Shown piece after piece: positions 28,169 to 33,581 of a stretch of DNA of 33,581 bases; within the stretch, counting starts at the first letter, position 1; each line of letters opens with the position of its first letter. A program made the position numbers and the translations under genes. A model generated the notes under the pieces. It made no database searches. It had not been told where the DNA came from and saw nothing but the letters and a program-made list of their open reading frames with translations. Origin of the DNA: a virus (lineage: Duplodnaviria; Caudoviricetes); the IMG/VR virus record IMGVR_UViG_3300046368_001116, positions 1 through 33,581 of that record, one strand, 5' to 3'.

Positions 28169-28278
28169 ACAATTTAAAATTATTAAAAAAGGCCTACTTA
28201 GAACTATCACCCAGGAACAAAATGCTGACTGCACTTTTATTTGTAATATTGTTAATAATAGGCCTGGAGGTGCTATAA
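28165..28278 (+). CDS. small single-TM protein (37 aa, not in the ORF track)
   Basis: MNNLKLLKKAYLELSPRNKMLTALLFVILLIIGLEVL; coupled on both sides. Confidence 0.65.
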   Translation: MNNLKLLKKAYLELSPRNKMLTALLFVILLIIGLEVL

Positions 28279-28427
28279 TGGACAGAACAACATTATTTGG
28301 CTTCAGTGGATGCCTGGCAACAATAACGCTTGGGTCATTTGATGAAATATTATCAATTTTAGCAGGGGTCTTAACCTGCACCTATATGGCAGTTAAAATA
28401 TATTTCTTAGCTAAGAATAAAAAATGA
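28278..28427 (+). CDS. holin-like small membrane protein
   Basis: 49 aa, hydrophobic segments and basic tail KNKK. Confidence 0.5.
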   Translation: MDRTTLFGFSGCLATITLGSFDEILSILAGVLTCTYMAVKIYFLAKNKK

Positions 28428-30214
28428 GATATAGAAGTTATGGTTCATATGATGATCAACCTATCCTAGACGGGGATGAGGGTTTTATGAACATGAATAC
28501 CATGACGGATCCCTCTCAATTGGAAAATGGTGTAGTTACTGAATCCAGGAACATGAGACTGACCAAAGGGGTTGCTGAATCACGAAAAGGGACCAGTCTT
28601 TACTTACCCCCTGCTTCAGCAAATGCAGTTGCCCAGGAAGGAATTTTGGATGCAATTGCAGTTGGTTTGGACGGGGTTGACGATGATGTTCTCATAGCAA
28701 CCAACACCAAGGCTTTTAAGTGTAACGAACAGGGGCATTCATTAATTTCATACCCGTTCAATTTCCCCAGGGTGCAAAGTGCTTTTTTATTAGATACCAG
28801 GGTAAATACTTTAATGTTTTCAGATCCTGGTCCTACTCTTCCTTTTACCCTGGATGCTACCCTAGGTAATTCAGTTTTACGATTGGCAGACGGGGAAAGT
28901 GAATTTAAGCACTGGAAACAGGTCAGTGCCACGCAAATAACTTATTCAGCAACAGGGACCCATTCGGTCACATTGTCTCAAAATACTGACCTGAAGATTG
29001 GTGAGAAAATCAAAATTGTAAACGGAGCAGGGTTCAGTAATTTTGCCTGGGAAGTTTCAAATGTGGGAGATAAATCAATTGAGATAACAAGCACTGACAA
29101 TTCAGTAAAAAGCAACCTGGCAGACAGGGTTGCTAATATGTATTTATATTCACTGGCAGACCAATGCCCCCCTGCCTATTTTGCGACCTGGGCAGGCAAC
29201 CGATTAGTTGTCCCCGTTGGAGTTGATGAACTGGCAATCAGTTCACCATTATCCACACATGATTTTCCAGTTACCAATAAGTTAGTAATTGGCAGTGGCG
29301 AAAGTGGTGACATTCAGGCCCTGGAACCATTAGCAGATGATGGATTGATTTGTTTTAAAAATCACTCCATTCATATAATAACTGGGGTATATGAAATGAA
29401 AGGTGCTTCCGAGGGAGGCAGACTGGCAATAACCAGGGTAACCGACCAACTGGGTTGCACTGCCAGGGACTCGATTCAGGTAATTGGTGATGAAGTTATT
29501 TTTCTATCCCCCCAGGGCATTTATGGCCTGACCCTAAATGCCAAAGGGGCAGGGGGTGTAGGTTTACCACCACAAGCAGTTCGTGTATCAGATGTGCCAC
29601 TTTCAAAAAATATCAATGATCACATTGAGTCATTTGACCAGGACAAATCAAGTGCCTGTTTTCATCGGGGAAAGTATTATATATTTAATGGTTCGGAGAT
29701 TTTTGTTTACTCAACCTTAACTCAAGGTTGGGAGTCAATTGACTCAGTGCCTGTAGGGGCACTGAAGTTAATTTCTATAAATAACCAAAAGGCCAGGTTG
29801 CTGATAATTCATAACACTTCCAGTATTTTAGAAGGTGAAGCAAATGAAATAGGCCAGGATGCTTCCCTGGGTCAGTCTGAGGATTTTGAATCCTTTATTA
29901 CCACTAGGGAATATCGATCAAATAGTTATGATAATAAACATTATCGCAGGGTTCAATTGTCCTGGGATGCAGTTGATGCAGAAAATAATTTTGAGGTTAC
30001 TGCAAACACGAATAACCCTGATACCACAAACAAGGTAATTGATTACCAGGGTAATAATTTAGTTGCCCAGGGTAATTATTCTACCAGGGCAAACCTTCGT
30101 TCAAGGGGTGAATCAATTTCATTAAAAATCAGCAATAATAACCTGGGGAGAATCAAAGTTAAAAGAGTGCTTGTCGAAGCATCGGGTGGATCCAGGGGAA
30201 ACAACAAACTTTAA
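28424..30214 (+). CDS. tail nozzle / DNA-stabilisation protein (P22 gp10-like)
   Basis: 596 aa, beta-propeller-like; LGCTARDSIQVIGDEVIFLS..GIY. Confidence 0.7.
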   Translation: MRYRSYGSYDDQPILDGDEGFMNMNTMTDPSQLENGVVTESRNMRLTKGVAESRKGTSLYLPPASANAVAQEGILDAIAVGLDGVDDDVLIATNTKAFKCNEQGHSLISYPFNFPRVQSAFLLDTRVNTLMFSDPGPTLPFTLDATLGNSVLRLADGESEFKHWKQVSATQITYSATGTHSVTLSQNTDLKIGEKIKIVNGAGFSNFAWEVSNVGDKSIEITSTDNSVKSNLADRVANMYLYSLADQCPPAYFATWAGNRLVVPVGVDELAISSPLSTHDFPVTNKLVIGSGESGDIQALEPLADDGLICFKNHSIHIITGVYEMKGASEGGRLAITRVTDQLGCTARDSIQVIGDEVIFLSPQGIYGLTLNAKGAGGVGLPPQAVRVSDVPLSKNINDHIESFDQDKSSACFHRGKYYIFNGSEIFVYSTLTQGWESIDSVPVGALKLISINNQKARLLIIHNTSSILEGEANEIGQDASLGQSEDFESFITTREYRSNSYDNKHYRRVQLSWDAVDAENNFEVTANTNNPDTTNKVIDYQGNNLVAQGNYSTRANLRSRGESISLKISNNNLGRIKVKRVLVEASGGSRGNNKL

Positions 30215-30216
30215 AA

Positions 30217-30585
30217 ATGGGCAATATAATTCCAGGGACAACATTTGTTAATGGTCAACTAGTCACTGCTAGTGACCTTAACAATCAACTTGAAAACGCA
30301 ACTATAAATTCTGATGTGATTACACCAGGAATGCTCAACTCAACTTTGATTACGGGGAATAGCGAATTGGAAGAACTTGATGTGAAGGACGAAGATTTTT
30401 TCTTGGTTTGGTCATCAGTCAATAATGCATTTCGTAAAGTTAGAAAAGGTTTCATCGGCTCAGGTTCAGGTTCATCGGGGGGAAGTGCGTTTACTTTATC
30501 AGGGACCACTTTAACCATGACAAGTGGTGGAACAGGAACTGCAACATTTTCATTATCGGGTTCAACATTGACCATTACAACATGA
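30217..30585 (+). CDS. small tail protein
   Basis: GTTFVNGQLVTASDLN; two F.LSG.TLT repeats. Confidence 0.65.
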   Translation: MGNIIPGTTFVNGQLVTASDLNNQLENATINSDVITPGMLNSTLITGNSELEELDVKDEDFFLVWSSVNNAFRKVRKGFIGSGSGSSGGSAFTLSGTTLTMTSGGTGTATFSLSGSTLTITT

Positions 30586-32090
30586 CCACACAAACCACAA
30601 ATCTAGCATCCGTTGATTCTATAGATTACAACGGAGCAAATGTTGAAACTGCCATAATGGACGGGACCACAATTTGGGCCAAAATTGACGGGGTTGCTTA
30701 TTATATAGGCCAAACAATTTGGGTTAATGGAGTAGAGAAAACAATAACATCATTGTCAGGAGGATTAATATTCTTTGAGGGTGGAGGATCTACTGGATCT
30801 GTTGACCCTACTGATGGATCCGTATCAGAGACGGACCCAGGGACAGGTGACAATTCAGGTGACAACTCAGGTGACAATTCGGGTGACAATTCGGGTGACA
30901 ATTCGGGTGGAACAGGTGCCCCAAGTGCAGACGATATTGATGGTGACGGGATCCCAAATTCGTCCGATACAGACAATGCAAATAATCATATTTATTCTGA
31001 GCTTAGAAAGGGCTATTCAAATGTAAATGCATTTGCTAATATTAATCCTGATGTTGATTCAGAGGAACTAATAACTGGTTTCCGTACTGATCGGACAGGT
31101 TTTGTTGGTGGGGGGCACGATACTTCATTTTACGCATCGGACGGAATTATTAGAGGTGTAAATGCGTATGCCGATAATTCGGATAATGTAAGAAGAAATG
31201 AAGTTATTCTCACATTAAAAGATCTGCTCTATGGAAGTAATGGTTATACTTCAGATTGGTTAATGGTGCAGATTATTGACTCAAGTGATAATGCAGGCAT
31301 TACAACCACATTAAAATTAAACAAGACTGAAGATCATTTAAATTTTTGGAGGGGGCATTCATGGCATTCAGACCAGTTGAGTGCTTATGATGCACAAAAT
31401 GATAATTTATACGGGGCTTCAGTGCTTGGAAATTCAGGGCAAACTGGACCTAATGCAACATATACTGGTGGATTAGGTTCCAACTTTGCAGGCAGATGCT
31501 TTTTCGTAAACATTGCATCAAGTATCCCTGATGAATTAAGAATTAAATTTGTAGGAGCAAATTCCTTTAGTGCTTTGCAGTACATGGGAGGCATTTCTTA
31601 TATTAGTGTTAAATTGTTAAAGGCTCAACTGACAGGTTTGGAAAACAACCCAGGACTTGGAATTTACAGATCCTCAACGGATACGCACAAATCCAGTTAC
31701 TACGATGTGGTCCATAACTATGGAATATTTAATGGAATTGGGTCAAATGGAGGTTATACCATGACTATGGGCGATAGTTTGCAACCTTTCAAATTAGGCA
31801 GTAGCACACCAGGTGAAAAACTTACAATTGGTAAAATTTATTATGTATCCCCTGCAGGGAACAACAAATGGTACTTAGCCCAACTTTACATGATGGTAAA
31901 CTGGGTTAAAACCAATGACCAACCGACCTTTATAACTCAAGCACGATTTGAACCGATCAAGACTTATTCGGAAATGCCAAACACTGGAATCCTGGAGGTA
32001 AATGGGGCCAATGAAAAAACGGACAGAATAGGTCCCCTAGATTCATCGGGGATGCCAACAATGCCTGCAGGTGGAGTAGAGGGAGTATAA
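30582..32090 (+). CDS. putative tail/adhesin protein
   Basis: 502 aa; GDNS linker repeat and one DIDGDG motif. Confidence 0.6.
   Translation: MTTQTTNLASVDSIDYNGANVETAIMDGTTIWAKIDGVAYYIGQTIWVNGVEKTITSLSGGLIFFEGGGSTGSVDPTDGSVSETDPGTGDNSGDNSGDNSGDNSGDNSGGTGAPSADDIDGDGIPNSSDTDNANNHIYSELRKGYSNVNAFANINPDVDSEELITGFRTDRTGFVGGGHDTSFYASDGIIRGVNAYADNSDNVRRNEVILTLKDLLYGSNGYTSDWLMVQIIDSSDNAGITTTLKLNKTEDHLNFWRGHSWHSDQLSAYDAQNDNLYGASVLGNSGQTGPNATYTGGLGSNFAGRCFFVNIASSIPDELRIKFVGANSFSALQYMGGISYISVKLLKAQLTGLENNPGLGIYRSSTDTHKSSYYDVVHNYGIFNGIGSNGGYTMTMGDSLQPFKLGSSTPGEKLTIGKIYYVSPAGNNKWYLAQLYMMVNWVKTNDQPTFITQARFEPIKTYSEMPNTGILEVNGANEKTDRIGPLDSSGMPTMPAGGVEGV
30846..30905 (+). repeat. 5x 12-bp tandem repeat GGTGACAAYTCR (GDNS)
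   Basis: read directly from the sequence. Confidence 0.9.
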
Positions 32091-33581
32091 TGCCCACACC
32101 TGCTCAAGCTTATTTAAACCTATCTGCCAATATGGGCAGGGGGTCAACTGCATCAGGAGTTTCTTCTGACAAGGGTGCTGAGAAATTTATAAACAATACT
32201 GCAACGGCAGGTGCTTTAGGAGCAACTGCCGTTTTCCCTGCAGTGGTCAACAACATGAGTTATGCAAATGACTATGTAAACTTGACCAAGAGTGTAAACA
32301 AAGTTGGCCAGGCAGGTGCCGTTTATTCAAGTTATAAAACTGCTTTGGGGTTGGCAGGTCCCCAGGGATCCGAGCAAATGGGGAATACATTTTCTCCAGG
32401 TAATTTAATGAGAGCAGGGGTTGAAACTGCTTCTTATTTAAATCCAGTTACGGGTGTTTTAAATGCAGTCAATTCAATGACCAAAAATGAACAGAACCCC
32501 CAGGGTACTTTACCTGGTGTAAGTTATGTCCAGGGGAAGGTTGATCAGTTTGGCAATGCATTGAATGACACAAAGGTTGGTAACTTCATGTCAAACACTG
32601 CCCAGGCATTTCACGAGAATTTTATCAGTCCTGTTCTTCAAACTCGTCCAGGGCAAATACTAACAAGTGTTGCAGGGATCCCAATGGGGGCAGTAGAGAG
32701 TGGGTATAATGCATTGCGTGAAGGTTACCAGGGTTTGGACAGAAACTTCTTTGGGGGTTACCTTCCAGGGGGAGCAAAGGATGGTGATGCAGAGACTCAG
32801 AGGTGGGACAACCCCCTGCGTCCACTCAATGAATCGCTTGACCATTTTGGCAATACTTTAAGGAATGATCAGAGGCAACCCGAAGCGATTGTTGTCCCAG
32901 GTGGACCAGTTAATAATTCTTCCCCAAACGCAGAAGCATTATTTAATGACATGGTTATTGACGGGAAAGTTTACACTGCTGAGGAAATTCAAGACACAAG
33001 ACAAAATCCAAATTTCAAGCAAGATGCAGTTCGCAACTTGGATGCATTAGCAACATATGCTCAAAGTGTAGGCATTGATATGGAATCAACTCGATCAGGG
33101 GAGCAAAATGTTATTTCCGATGACCCTAAAACATTTTCAAAATTAGTAGGAACAAATGCGAGTTATACGGACTCTAATGATAACTTAGTAGTAGCAGGTT
33201 GGTTCACAACTGCCAGACCCGATAAAATTGATTTTGAATTAGAATATAAGAGTGTTGAGGGTTATGAAACCTACTACAAAAAAGGAACAAACATACCTTT
33301 TGAGTACACCAGGGAATTTGGGGAAATGTATGGTAGTCTAAATGACAATCAAGTTACTGAATTTTTTAATGATATGTCAGGTTCCGAGAAGGGTGATTGG
33401 TATAAAGGGGACGAGGGTCATCGGATGAGATTCGATAACGCTAATTATAGTCCCCTCCATTCTAAATCACCCTGGCAACATCGTGACATTTTTAAAAATG
33501 CTAGTGCATCTGCAAACACTGATGCCGAGTATTTAAATAATTTAAAGGCAGGTTGGGGTGACGGGGGCGATGGGTGGAACG
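32090..33581 (+). CDS. 3'-truncated large protein, possibly an internal virion protein (not in the ORF track)
   Basis: TAATG-coupled start MPTPAQAYLNLS; frame stays open to the window end (~497 codons). Confidence 0.8.
   Translation, partial: MPTPAQAYLNLSANMGRGSTASGVSSDKGAEKFINNTATAGALGATAVFPAVVNNMSYANDYVNLTKSVNKVGQAGAVYSSYKTALGLAGPQGSEQMGNTFSPGNLMRAGVETASYLNPVTGVLNAVNSMTKNEQNPQGTLPGVSYVQGKVDQFGNALNDTKVGNFMSNTAQAFHENFISPVLQTRPGQILTSVAGIPMGAVESGYNALREGYQGLDRNFFGGYLPGGAKDGDAETQRWDNPLRPLNESLDHFGNTLRNDQRQPEAIVVPGGPVNNSSPNAEALFNDMVIDGKVYTAEEIQDTRQNPNFKQDAVRNLDALATYAQSVGIDMESTRSGEQNVISDDPKTFSKLVGTNASYTDSNDNLVVAGWFTTARPDKIDFELEYKSVEGYETYYKKGTNIPFEYTREFGEMYGSLNDNQVTEFFNDMSGSEKGDWYKGDEGHRMRFDNANYSPLHSKSPWQHRDIFKNASASANTDAEYLNNLKAGWGDGGDGWN

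Noticed and set aside
28077-28277. N-terminal extension of the 116-aa ORF
   Set aside because: The region is better explained by coupled ORFs 28165-28278 and 28278-28427
1-33581. Stop-codon reassignment, DGR/retron, or DNA-modification gene cluster
   Set aside because: Genes tile densely in the standard code; no reverse transcriptase, methyltransferase or base-modification enzyme was recognised

Overview
The whole window is a tailed dsDNA phage genome fragment, probably temperate, with a P22/SU10-like podovirus structural module; it is truncated at both ends. From left to right it holds: the 3' end of a large repeat-containing (polyvalent-like) protein; an attP-like region carrying the 5' half of tRNA-Lys(UUU); three repeat-headed small genes and a tyrosine integrase; a leftward replication/recombination arm (Xis-like HTH, stand-alone sigma region-4 protein, RepA/AAA_25 helicase, AEP primase, PD-(D/E)XK exonuclease, SSB-like protein, RuvC-like resolvase); a divergent pair of ribbon-helix-helix regulators; an inverted TerS-like gene; then TerL, portal, scaffold, major capsid, two paralogous adaptors, tail proteins (one with thrombospondin type-3 repeats), small membrane proteins, a nozzle-like protein and an open-ended ORF. 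Three signals stand out. (1) I found no Ala-Ala and no Thr-Val dipeptide in roughly 10,500 codons, consistent with purging of GCNGC and ACNGT within a wider avoidance of CAG/CCG-centred words, while CCWGG is strongly enriched. (2) The att site carries the 5' rather than the 3' half of a tRNA, so a lysogen's tRNA-Lys would be transcribed from phage DNA. (3) The regulators are RHH and sigma-4-only proteins rather than cI/Cro. All product calls come from motif recognition by eye with no database searches, and motif absences need confirming by k-mer counting.
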